Positions 55,615 to 64,000 of a stretch of 64,000 bases of DNA are shown here, piece by piece. The notes under the pieces were generated by a model. The model ran no database searches and was not told the origin of the DNA. It was given only the letters and a program-made list of their open reading frames with translations. The stretch's first letter is position 1. Each line of letters opens with the position of its first letter. The stretch comes from an uncultured Gammaproteobacteria bacterium (GTDB lineage: Bacteria > Patescibacteriota > Microgenomatia > UBA10105 > UBA927): assembly GCA_964449585.1 (NCBI GenBank), contig CAYUZE010000001.1, positions 140,142 through 204,141 on the forward strand, read 5' to 3'. The position numbers were made by a program, and so were the translations under genes.

Positions 55615-57612
55615 ATGAAGAGTCAAAAAGGCCAAACAATTATCGAAGTATTGCTTGCAATGGCATTTGCATTGGTACTCTTCCCCGCGCTTTTTACCCT
55701 GCTGTTTATTTCCCGGGACGGTAGAGCACAACAAATTACGCGCACAAGAGCGACGGCGCTCCTGACGGAAACACAGGAGGCGGTACGGAGTGTTCGGGAA
55801 AACGGATGGGAACATATCGCGTCATACGGTAACAACCTCGCATATCATCCCCGGGTAGAAAATAACCGTTGGACTTTGGGAAGCGGCGCAGATACACCCC
55901 AAGGATTTACCCGAAGTGTCGAGTTTTCTCCCGTCATGCGCGATGCCGATGGCAAGATAGTGACGACGGGAGGAAGTACCGATCCTTCGACAAGAAGGGT
56001 AACGGCGAGAGTCAGTTGGTCAATGCCGATACCCACGGAGATAACATCCGTTTTTTATTTAACCAGACATAACAATATCATCCAAGTTGATACGACGGAG
56101 ACGGATTTTGCCGCAGGGGACACCTCGCAGCACACCCGTGTGGTGAACCTGGCGGGAGGTGAAGTTATTTTAGGTTCCACCGGCGGCTACGGGGATTGGT
56201 GCCAACCATCACTGACGATTTCCGCGGTTGACCTTCCCAAAAGCGGGGTTGCCAACGCCATTTCGGCAATTCAGGGACAAATTGCCGCAGGCACGGGTGA
56301 CAACGCAAGCGGTGTTTCTTACGCCAACATTTTGGTGAGTGATCCGGAATATCCGACTAATCCCACCGCATCGGTGTCGGGAACATTTGACGGCTATAAA
56401 ACAAACGACGTCTTTACGGAACAGCAGTACGCATATCTTGCCACCGACACCAATACAAAAGAAGTGGAAATTATTGATCTTTCCGCCGTCAATGCGTCGG
56501 GGAAGTATGCGGAGGTGGGGTATTTTGATGCTCCGGGGAACGGCAACGCGGAAAGCGTCACCACCCATGATTCGGTCGGGTATATGGTGGGAGGATCAAT
56601 GCTTTATACGTTTAATCTTTCTCAAAAAACGGGTTCTCGGGCAATTCTTGATAGCGACGGATTATCACTTCCCGGCGTAGGGAAAAGCATTATTGTTACG
56701 GGTAACCGTGCGTTTATCGTCACCACGGCAACAAATGCCCAGTTGGTTATCGTTGACGTAAGTAATCCTTCTGATTTGCGCATTGTGAGTCAGATCGGAT
56801 TACCCGCTTCGGGCGGTAAGGCAATCTATGTCAACGGAAGTGCCAGTAGGGCATACGTGGCAACAGAGCAGTCTTCATCACAGCGGGAACTGTTTATCGT
56901 CAATACGGAGGCGGGGAGCGCCGGCTACACACAAGTTGTCGGATCGTATGATACGGGGAGCATGAATCCTAAAGGCGTTGTCGTCGTGTCCGGACCTCGG
57001 GCAATAGTCGTGGGAACGGGAGGGGAAGAATATCAGGTCGTGGATATAACAAACGAACAGGCCAATCCGCTTCCGCGATGCGGAGGATTACAGGTAGATT
57101 CCGGGGTCAACGGTATTGATACCGTGCTTTCCTCAAGCGGCAGGGCATACTCCTATATCATTTCCGGTGATGCCTCAAGCGAACTCAAGATTATCGAAGG
57201 AGGTCCCGGCGCAAACGGAAGAGACTATTACCTTACCGGGATATTTGATTCGCAAATCTTTGATGCCGCCACGATTGCTACGGGAAGTGCCGCCGTCGCA
57301 TTTAATCGGATAAGCGCCCAAATCACCGTTCCGTCTTCGCAAGCAACCGTGACGTTGCAATTTGCCGGCACTGATGCGGTTGGCGGGAGTTGTGCGGCGG
57401 CATCATACACGTATGTTGGACCGGATGGTACGGCAAATACTGCCTTTTCGTCAACCGACGGCACTTCGATAACGGGTATTCTCCCGTTTTCCGATGACGG
57501 TGCGGGGTACGAAAACCCCGCACGTTGTTTCCGCTACCGCGCCAACCTGGTGACCGGAGATGCGACACTTACGCCAATCGTCAATGATGTCAGTATCGCA
57601 GTATCACCATGA
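55615..57612 (+). CDS. Large (665 aa) prepilin-like protein, possibly a pilus tip or adhesin component
   Basis: MKSQKG then QTIIEVLLAMAFALVLF with Glu at +5; long Gly/Thr/Ser-rich extracellular region. Confidence 0.55.
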   Translation: MKSQKGQTIIEVLLAMAFALVLFPALFTLLFISRDGRAQQITRTRATALLTETQEAVRSVRENGWEHIASYGNNLAYHPRVENNRWTLGSGADTPQGFTRSVEFSPVMRDADGKIVTTGGSTDPSTRRVTARVSWSMPIPTEITSVFYLTRHNNIIQVDTTETDFAAGDTSQHTRVVNLAGGEVILGSTGGYGDWCQPSLTISAVDLPKSGVANAISAIQGQIAAGTGDNASGVSYANILVSDPEYPTNPTASVSGTFDGYKTNDVFTEQQYAYLATDTNTKEVEIIDLSAVNASGKYAEVGYFDAPGNGNAESVTTHDSVGYMVGGSMLYTFNLSQKTGSRAILDSDGLSLPGVGKSIIVTGNRAFIVTTATNAQLVIVDVSNPSDLRIVSQIGLPASGGKAIYVNGSASRAYVATEQSSSQRELFIVNTEAGSAGYTQVVGSYDTGSMNPKGVVVVSGPRAIVVGTGGEEYQVVDITNEQANPLPRCGGLQVDSGVNGIDTVLSSSGRAYSYIISGDASSELKIIEGGPGANGRDYYLTGIFDSQIFDAATIATGSAAVAFNRISAQITVPSSQATVTLQFAGTDAVGGSCAAASYTYVGPDGTANTAFSSTDGTSITGILPFSDDGAGYENPARCFRYRANLVTGDATLTPIVNDVSIAVSP

Positions 57613-58115
57613 AAAAAAACAGGGGTTTTTCCACCATCGAATTGATCTTGTATATCGGTCTTACGGGGATGCTGTTGGGAGTCATGAGTCAAGTATTTCT
57701 TACGATCATCGGAGTACGGGTTTCCTCTACCCAGACGACCGCCGTCCAACAGGATTCGCGATTTATTCTCGCGCGACTTTCTCACGCAATACGACGAGCA
57801 GACGTAATACTCTCTCCGAGTATCGGGGTGGCCAGTTCATCGATGACACTGCAAATCAATGAAAACGGAAACACTATTACGGAACAATATAGCTGGGACG
57901 GACAAAATATTTGGATAATAACCGCCACAAACAGCAGTCAATTAAACAGCAATCGCACCGTCGTTTCGGATTTTTCGCTTTCCCGCAACGGGACATCATC
58001 GACTGATCCTGCCGGAGCAGACACCATAACGGTTTCACTGTCGATGGACGGCAACGCCGAGATTACCACGGGACAACAATCCATACAGGTGCAAACGACG
58101 GTGGGACAACGATAA
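57609..58115 (+). CDS. Prepilin-type minor pilin (pseudopilin)
   Basis: MKKNRG then FSTIELILYIGLTGMLL with Glu at +5. Confidence 0.6.
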   Translation: MKKNRGFSTIELILYIGLTGMLLGVMSQVFLTIIGVRVSSTQTTAVQQDSRFILARLSHAIRRADVILSPSIGVASSSMTLQINENGNTITEQYSWDGQNIWIITATNSSQLNSNRTVVSDFSLSRNGTSSTDPAGADTITVSLSMDGNAEITTGQQSIQVQTTVGQR

Positions 58116-58116
58116 T

Positions 58117-58509
58117 ATGCAATCAATACGACATAAACATAATGCGGGTCAGGTGCTTATCGCGTTACTTTATATCATGGTGATCGGCATTCTCGTGACC
58201 ACCGCGGCGGTCTATGCGGTGATAGGAAACACGCAGGCAACAACGGCGTTTGAAGCAGGCACTCTTGCGCTCAGTGCCGCGGAAAGCGGAGCGGAGAACG
58301 GGTTGCTGCGACTCGTTCGCAATCCCTCGTATACGGGAGAAACGTTGGTGATGAGCGCAAATCAATCAGCGGTGGTAACGGTAACCAATGCCTCCGGCAT
58401 ACTTTTACTGTCACAGGGAACATACGGCGGCACAATCAAGCAGATTGAGGTTCGTCTGCATTATAATGGAGGAGAGTTAGTCGTTGATTCATGGAAAGAA
58501 CTTCCTTAA
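58117..58509 (+). CDS. PilX-like minor pilin / pilus assembly protein
   Basis: N-terminal hydrophobic helix GQVLIALLYIMVIGILVTTAAVYAV without Glu at +5. Confidence 0.4.
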   Translation: MQSIRHKHNAGQVLIALLYIMVIGILVTTAAVYAVIGNTQATTAFEAGTLALSAAESGAENGLLRLVRNPSYTGETLVMSANQSAVVTVTNASGILLLSQGTYGGTIKQIEVRLHYNGGELVVDSWKELP

Positions 58510-59179
58510 TACCGCTATGACTGCAGTCGCATTATTACGGCCAAATTCACTTTATGTCTATTACACGGATAAATCCTCTCCCGTCGGCGGAGAGTTTCCC
58601 AAAACCGCCGTTGCGGATATGGAAGTGGTGAGTGAAGAGGCACTAAGTGCCACGATATCGAAACTTATTCCGTATACCGGCACCGCCGGAATCTCGACCA
58701 TTCTCGTCGTAAGCGATGATTTGTGTTTCATAAAACCGCTTATTGATGGCGAAAAGGTTGATAGTGAAAGTTCGCTGATCGGGGAGGTTCCTTTTTCGCA
58801 GGTGGCTACCGCAAAGATGACCGCGCACAATCAGCAGTACATTATTGCGACAAATCAGGATCTCTACGAATCTGTCGGCCGGTCACTTCACGCACAACGC
58901 CATGAAGTGAATCTGGTGGTGGCATGGCCATGTCTTGTAGAACACGGGTTAACGCACGGAGAAATTGAAGCGGCCACCATAAAACGCATTTTTGACAACA
59001 TCACCCTGCTTCGTGATTGTCGGTTTCCGCTTACCGCCGAACCGAAGCAGGAAATTTCTCCGGGACTTGCTCCGCAAAAAAGCGGAAAAAAGAAAATTCC
59101 GTTAGGCTGGATACTATTTGGTGCCGTTTCGCTTCTTTATGCGTTTGCCATGTATTGGTTTTTCATCCGCACGGCATAA
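58484..59179 (+). CDS. Hypothetical pilus-locus protein with a C-terminal TM anchor
   Basis: ORF in the pilin operon; C-terminal helix ILFGAVSLLYAFAMYWFFI. Confidence 0.4.
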   Translation: MIHGKNFLNTAMTAVALLRPNSLYVYYTDKSSPVGGEFPKTAVADMEVVSEEALSATISKLIPYTGTAGISTILVVSDDLCFIKPLIDGEKVDSESSLIGEVPFSQVATAKMTAHNQQYIIATNQDLYESVGRSLHAQRHEVNLVVAWPCLVEHGLTHGEIEAATIKRIFDNITLLRDCRFPLTAEPKQEISPGLAPQKSGKKKIPLGWILFGAVSLLYAFAMYWFFIRTA

Positions 59180-59261
59180 CCCCTACGTTCTTGACAACAA
59201 AGGAATTCTTCCCCTATGCTGATTCTAAGGGTATTTTATGTCCTTGGGAGGGGACCTGCCT

Positions 59262-59729
59262 ATGAAAAAATATATTAAGGGCTTTACGCTCATCGAGTTA
59301 TTGGTAGTTATCGGTATTTTGGCGATATTATTGGCGATTACGCTTATTGCTATTAATCCCGCACGGCAATTCGGACAGGCGAATAATACAAAACGACGCA
59401 GTGATGTGTTGCAGGTGTTAAATGCCATTCATCAATATGTGGCGGAAAATCAGGGGCAACTTCCCGCTGAAGTAAGCGGTTTGACCGCAGGAACGGCAAC
59501 GCTCTTTAATTCCACAAACTTTCCGAATCTTTGTGGACAGCTCGTCACAAATTATTTGCCGGCATTACCGACGGATCCGTCGCTTAATACCGCAAACATT
59601 ACCGACTGTACCGCTAACGCGGGTGCATGGGGTAATACGGGGTACGAAATATCCCGTGATGCACAGAATCGCATAACCGTGAGTGCGCCGACAACGGACA
59701 ATGCGGCGATTATCACCGTTACTCGCTAA
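59262..59729 (+). CDS. pilA: Type IV major pilin (PilA-like)
   Basis: GGGAGGGG ribosome-binding site; leader MKKYIKG then FTLIELLVVIGILAILLAI with Glu at +5; 155 aa. Confidence 0.75.
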   Translation: MKKYIKGFTLIELLVVIGILAILLAITLIAINPARQFGQANNTKRRSDVLQVLNAIHQYVAENQGQLPAEVSGLTAGTATLFNSTNFPNLCGQLVTNYLPALPTDPSLNTANITDCTANAGAWGNTGYEISRDAQNRITVSAPTTDNAAIITVTR

Positions 59730-59745
59730 GAAACGGGTATATACC

Positions 59746-59774
59746 AAAAATCCCCCGCTTCTCGGGGGATTTTT
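59746..59774. terminator. Bidirectional rho-independent terminator AAAAA-TCCCCCG-cttct-CGGGGGA-TTTTT between pilA and typA
   Basis: 7-bp GC-rich stem, 5-nt loop, flanked by an A5 and a T5 run. Confidence 0.65.
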
Positions 59775-59833
59775 GTATGGAAAATAAGTACGGAATGAAG
59801 CAGGAACGATATAAGCAAGGGGACTATGCGATG

Positions 59834-61669
59834 TTAGATCGCAGAGGCACCGCGAGCCGCTCGTACACGGTTGACCTTCGAAAGATGTATTTTTCTCAGT
59901 CGCAGACTTAGCGGGGTGATTTCAAGAAGCTCATCATCCTCGATAAAATCAAGTGCCTGTTCAAGACTCATTTCGATCGGAGGATCTAGCTGAATGGCGA
60001 CATCGGCATTTGCCGAGTGAATATTCGTCAGTCGCTTTGATTTCGTGACATTCATATCGATATCTTCATTTCGGTTATTGATACCGATAATCATTCCTTC
60101 ATATACGGGAGTACCCGGCCCGATGAGCGCCTTTCCCCGTTCCTGGACGGTCGTTAACGCATACCCTGTGGATTTGCCGGTTTCAATAGAAATAAGCACG
60201 CCGTTTCGCGCCTTGGCTTTCTTGGGAGTCAACGGGAAGTAACCGATAATGCGAGTCGCGATAATGCCGCTCCCTCTGGTTTTCGTCATAATGTCGCCGC
60301 GGAAGCCCAATAAATTTCTGGTGGAAATTTTATATACCATTTTGGTGACTCCGCGTTCGTTCGTATGCGTGTCAAGAAGCTCACCGTGCCGTTTTCCCAT
60401 TTCCTCCGTAATGATTCCCACAAGCGAGGAATCAAGCTCGATCGTGAGTTCTTCATACGGTTCATGGATAACACCGTCAATTTCTTTGACGATAACTTCG
60501 GGTTTGCCGACCTGACACTCAAATCCCTCCCTGCGCATCGTTTCGAGAAGTACCGCGATATGCAGTTCTCCGCGACCGGAAACCAAAAATCCGTTTGACG
60601 TCGGACTCGGCTCGATTTTGAGTCCGATATTCGTCTGGATTTCTCTCGTCAGTCGATCGGCGAGCTGTGTGGGAGTTCCGAACTTTGATTCCTTTCCCGC
60701 AAACGGAGAGGTGTTGGGTCCGACGAGCACCTTGAGCGTCGGTTCTTCGATCTGAATCTTCGGGTACCCCGTGGGGTCGGCGGGACTTGCGAGCGTTTGT
60801 CCGATGGACATGGAGCTGTTGCCGGTGATGGCGATAATATCTCCTGTTTCTCCGATTGCCGCGGGTATTCGCTTCAGCCCTTCGCTGGTAAATACCTCTT
60901 CCACGCGAAATGTTCCCAGGGAGGTGTTTTCATCAAGGATGAGCAATTGATCACCCTTTTTTACCTGTCCTTGGCTCACCTTGCCGATGGCGAATTTTCC
61001 TTTGTGCGTATCAAAATCGAGCGTGGTGACCAGCATTTTAAACGGTTTTTCCGGATCTCCTTTGGGAGCGGGAATATACTTGGTGATCGCTTCAAAGAGG
61101 GGAATAAGATTTGCCGGTTCATCGGAGTTTTCCGGAAGGTGATCCCATACCTTTTCATTTCTTCCTATCGCGTACAGTACCGGAAAATTCAAATGTCCTT
61201 CGTGGTGGGCAAGGTGAAGGAAAAGCTCTTCTACCTCGTGTAACACTTCCGCGGGTCTCGCGTCTTTCCGATCGATTTTGTTAATCACGACAACAACGGT
61301 AAGATCATGCTCCAGCGCTTTTTGGAGTACAAAGTGCGTTTGGGGGAGCGGACCTTCGGCGGCATCAACAATGAGGAGCGCACCATCGGCCATATTGATA
61401 ACGCGTTCCACTTCACCGGAAAAGTCCGCATGTCCCGGCGTGTCGATAATGTTTATCTTGGTTGTCTTATAAAAAACGGAAGTGTTTTTGGCTAAAATGG
61501 TGATGCCTTTTTCCCGTTCGAGATCATTAGAGTCCAAAATGGTAGTTGCCGTCATTTCCGCCTGGTTTTCCCGGAACGTGTGGGTTTGTTTCAACATGCC
61601 GTCGACCAAGGTAGTCTTTCCGTGGTCCACGTGGGCGATAATAGCGATATTTCTGATATCTTTTTGCAT
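59834..61669 (-). CDS. typA: Translational GTPase TypA/BipA
   Basis: G1 motif [14 protein letters not shown]3 DTPGHADF, G4 NKID; EF-G-like domain order; start at the Met of [11 protein letters not shown]. Confidence 0.85.
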   Translation of the reverse strand: MQKDIRNIAIIAHVDHGKTTLVDGMLKQTHTFRENQAEMTATTILDSNDLEREKGITILAKNTSVFYKTTKINIIDTPGHADFSGEVERVINMADGALLIVDAAEGPLPQTHFVLQKALEHDLTVVVVINKIDRKDARPAEVLHEVEELFLHLAHHEGHLNFPVLYAIGRNEKVWDHLPENSDEPANLIPLFEAITKYIPAPKGDPEKPFKMLVTTLDFDTHKGKFAIGKVSQGQVKKGDQLLILDENTSLGTFRVEEVFTSEGLKRIPAAIGETGDIIAITGNSSMSIGQTLASPADPTGYPKIQIEEPTLKVLVGPNTSPFAGKESKFGTPTQLADRLTREIQTNIGLKIEPSPTSNGFLVSGRGELHIAVLLETMRREGFECQVGKPEVIVKEIDGVIHEPYEELTIELDSSLVGIITEEMGKRHGELLDTHTNERGVTKMVYKISTRNLLGFRGDIMTKTRGSGIIATRIIGYFPLTPKKAKARNGVLISIETGKSTGYALTTVQERGKALIGPGTPVYEGMIIGINNRNEDIDMNVTKSKRLTNIHSANADVAIQLDPPIEMSLEQALDFIEDDELLEITPLSLRLRKIHLSKVNRVRAARGASAI

Positions 61670-61767
61670 AGACGAAGGTCGAAAACGGGGAGATAAGCAC
61701 GAGCGCACGAGGCATCTTCCTTACCCACAGCCATTGACGATATCCCGTAGTATATCAGTTTTTGTGG

Positions 61768-62598
61768 TTATTCCGCAACATCTGCTCTGCGCAAATTGCC
61801 ATTTTTTGCGAAAACATACCAGCTCATCAACGCCACATAGCCGGTATAGACGGCTATCTGAACGATATCCATCGTTTGGGTTATGCCGAATATCGCCTTG
61901 ATTAAATCACCCGCCAGCGTGGTTTTCGCAGGAATAAAAGCAAAGGTGATTCGCGCAAATTCCGGAAACACACCCGCCTCAGCAAACTCATGGATACCTC
62001 TTGCAAATAACCCGGCGGCAAACAGGATAAGGAGCATGCTGGTTGCCCGGAAGGCGAGGCGTACCGGAAGGCGGATGGCGGCGGTAAATAATCCCAGTGA
62101 GATGAGTAACCCGCCGACAAGACCGCCGGAAAAACCGATGAATATCGCGTTCGGATTTGAAGAGAAAAAGATGGTGGAGAGAAAGAGCACGATTTCAAAT
62201 CCCTCCCGGAACACCGCGGTAAATGCCAGCCAAAATATCCCTCGCTGCTCCTCTTTTTTCATCGTCTCAGTCATTTTTGCTAACAATTTCGTTTTATAGC
62301 CGGCGAAGAACCGGTGCAGAAAAAATACTGCCCAGGTGATGAAGATCGCGGAGAGTGCCATGAGTATTCCTTCGATAAACTCCTCGACTTTTCCCGAGTA
62401 TACTTCCTGTACTTTTATGCCGAACAGGCTCCCGGTTATCAGGAGCATCACGCTCACGATACTCGCTGCAATGGTTGCCTGCCATACGGTACGAATGCTC
62501 TTTGTTTGTCGAAGTTTTACCAATATGCCGAGCATGGTGGCTACGATCAGCGATGCTTCAATAACTTCGCGCAACGTGATGAGAAAAGCCGCTATCAT
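61768..62598 (-). CDS. FTR1/EfeU-family iron permease
   Basis: Two RExxE motifs (REVIEA, REGFEI) within seven TM helices. Confidence 0.6.
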   Translation of the reverse strand: MIAAFLITLREVIEASLIVATMLGILVKLRQTKSIRTVWQATIAASIVSVMLLITGSLFGIKVQEVYSGKVEEFIEGILMALSAIFITWAVFFLHRFFAGYKTKLLAKMTETMKKEEQRGIFWLAFTAVFREGFEIVLFLSTIFFSSNPNAIFIGFSGGLVGGLLISLGLFTAAIRLPVRLAFRATSMLLILFAAGLFARGIHEFAEAGVFPEFARITFAFIPAKTTLAGDLIKAIFGITQTMDIVQIAVYTGYVALMSWYVFAKNGNLRRADVAE

Positions 62599-62772
62599 AG
62601 TCGTTCCCCCTTTTTTCCACAAAAAAACGACCCCTTAAAAAAAGGTCGTCAAGAAATTAGTGACAAGGACGGGAGTGATCCTCGCTCTATACGCTCCCTT
62701 TAGAGAAAAAACCGTGTCATTATGTATTCTACATTACCAATTTGTCTGTTACGACGCAAGAGGGATTATCGA

Positions 62773-63165
62773 TTACGCAACCAAAGCGATCGCCACCGTA
62801 CGAATGGTGACAAAAATAAGCGAGTCGGTTGCGGTATTTTTCAGACTATGTGCATGCCCAACCGGCACGGTAACGAAATCTCCTTTTTTTACGGCTTGCC
62901 ATTGATCACCCACCATCATTTCTCCCGTTCCCGATAAAAAGAAGTAGAATTCTTCACCGTCGGGGTGCGAGTGGATTTCAAGCTGCTTATTCGGTTCAAG
63001 CCACGCGTAATTCATTGTGGCGATATCACCCCGATGTTTCTCATCATTTGAAATCAGTCGTTTTCGATGGGTCGTATTGTTGTGAATGATTTCTTCGGGT
63101 ATATCCGAGAGGTTTTTGATGGGAAAGGACATAGTCGATATTGTAGCATAACGAGCGTGTCTCAT
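62773..63165 (-). CDS. Cupin domain protein
   Basis: Metal-binding motifs HSHPDGEEFYFFLSG and GDFVTVPVGHAHSLKN. Confidence 0.6.
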   Translation of the reverse strand: MRHARYATISTMSFPIKNLSDIPEEIIHNNTTHRKRLISNDEKHRGDIATMNYAWLEPNKQLEIHSHPDGEEFYFFLSGTGEMMVGDQWQAVKKGDFVTVPVGHAHSLKNTATDSLIFVTIRTVAIALVA

Positions 63166-63259
63166 CGATGTAGTGATGATTCGAAAAAAGGGATGGAAAA
63201 CGCTCGGCGTAAGGAATTGAAAACGCCATAGGAGAGCTTGAAATTCAAGCGTGCGGTTG

Positions 63260-63898
63260 CTAGAAGCCCAGTGGTTTGTTCACGAAAATGATACGGATGC
63301 TGCGTTTCAGCATTTGGTTTTCTCCCCGAAAGATCAATAGCTTATTGAGCTGAGAGGGAGCGCCGTAGGCTTTCATACTTCGCTTATTTTCCAACGGGAG
63401 AACATACTTTTCCAGTCGATCCATTGCGTCAGCGAGGGTGGGTACGATTTTATGTATCCCCACGACAAGGATGATGTTAGGGGAGGTAAATGCGAGGTGG
63501 GGGAGCTGACTGCCAGTATTCGACGCGATAAGGAGCTCTCCATTCTCGGTCACGGCGTGGGCGCTTCCCAAGTAAAAGTCCGCGGAAGTAGCTTCCCTTC
63601 GAAGTGCCGTTCGTTTTTCCTTATCATTTTCGCCGGTGATGAGCGCATGAAGATCACGCCAGCCGTGGTTGCCCGCCGCAAGATAAGAAAAATACCCGAT
63701 TTGTTCCAGGGTGGTTGAAGAACCGTTCATAACGGCTGCGCCCGGAGGGATGGTGTCTTTAATTATCGAAAGTGCGGCATTTTCATCATCGACTCGTTGT
63801 ACGATATAGCCTTTTTCCCGAAGCGAAGAAGCTGTTCGTTCTACCGTTTCATTTTGTGCAAGCTGTGAATGGTTCATATGCCTCCTTACCTTTTGCAA
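63260..63898 (-). CDS. LUD-domain (LutC/YkgG-like) protein
   Basis: General LUD/DUF162 pattern; 212 aa. Confidence 0.5.
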   Translation of the reverse strand: MQKVRRHMNHSQLAQNETVERTASSLREKGYIVQRVDDENAALSIIKDTIPPGAAVMNGSSTTLEQIGYFSYLAAGNHGWRDLHALITGENDKEKRTALRREATSADFYLGSAHAVTENGELLIASNTGSQLPHLAFTSPNIILVVGIHKIVPTLADAMDRLEKYVLPLENKRSMKAYGAPSQLNKLLIFRGENQMLKRSIRIIFVNKPLGF

Positions 63899-64000
63899 AA
63901 ATTTACCTCATCCGCTATAATTACTATATATTATATAGTACTATAGATTTTATAGTATGTCAATGTCGCCCGACAGCAAAAATAAGTGCGCCGCCACCGA

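Overview
This 64-kb window looks like it comes from a small-genome bacterium, possibly a CPR/Patescibacteria-like lineage. That guess rests only on compact housekeeping proteins (a 362-aa RpoD, ComF, two GT-C membrane glycosyltransferases, Gram-positive-style type IV pilus genes) and about 45% GC. The window splits into five parts.

1. Positions 1-2550: a structured noncoding stretch, comF, a thiamine pyrophosphokinase gene interrupted by an in-frame TAA, and a tRNA-Ser cluster with an HNH endonuclease gene wedged into it.

2. Positions about 2700-23500: an AT-richer integrated mobile element. It starts with a large serine recombinase beside the tRNAs, then an EEP nuclease, an XRE regulator, and a coupled ParB-methylase / TerS-like / TerL operon with no capsid or portal genes. 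Its cargo looks defensive: a Type III R-M system with res before mod, LexA, and a + strand gene string. That string holds a Cas2-like small protein, a DUF2188 protein, a Schlafen/AlbA_2-like protein, a Cas4-like 4Fe-4S PD-(D/E)XK nuclease, a Shedu/DUF4263-like nuclease, a receiver domain and a membrane protein. The element ends with a DUF2726 protein, a multi-zinc-ribbon protein, and a second HNH gene translationally coupled to an unannotated 52-aa (KPI)n proline-repeat peptide.

3. Positions 23.5-40 kb: hypothetical and membrane proteins, several tRNAs (Arg x2, Ser-CGA, Ser-GGA), two paralogous NDT-like genes flanking a tRNA, GT-C glycosyltransferases, a stand-alone N6-adenine methyltransferase, a rhodanese and a NUDIX hydrolase.

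4. Positions 40.5-43.4 kb: the dnaG-rpoD pair.

5. Positions 44.5-59.7 kb: a type IV pilus locus. Its pilB ATPase gene is split by a 2.46-kb IS1595-family element with an 8-bp target duplication and a passenger Replic_Relax gene. Downstream are pilC, then an embedded response regulator / PaaK-like ligase / MccB-like E1 enzyme / 7TM histidine kinase module, five prepilin-like genes and pilA with a clear terminator. The window closes with typA, an FTR1-like permease, a cupin and a LUD-domain protein.

No CRISPR array or rRNA was seen. The most interesting candidates are the multi-nuclease gene string in the island, the HNH-plus-repeat-peptide pair, the IS-disrupted pilB, and the PaaK-like / E1-like pair that has a translationally coupled 7-codon ORF.
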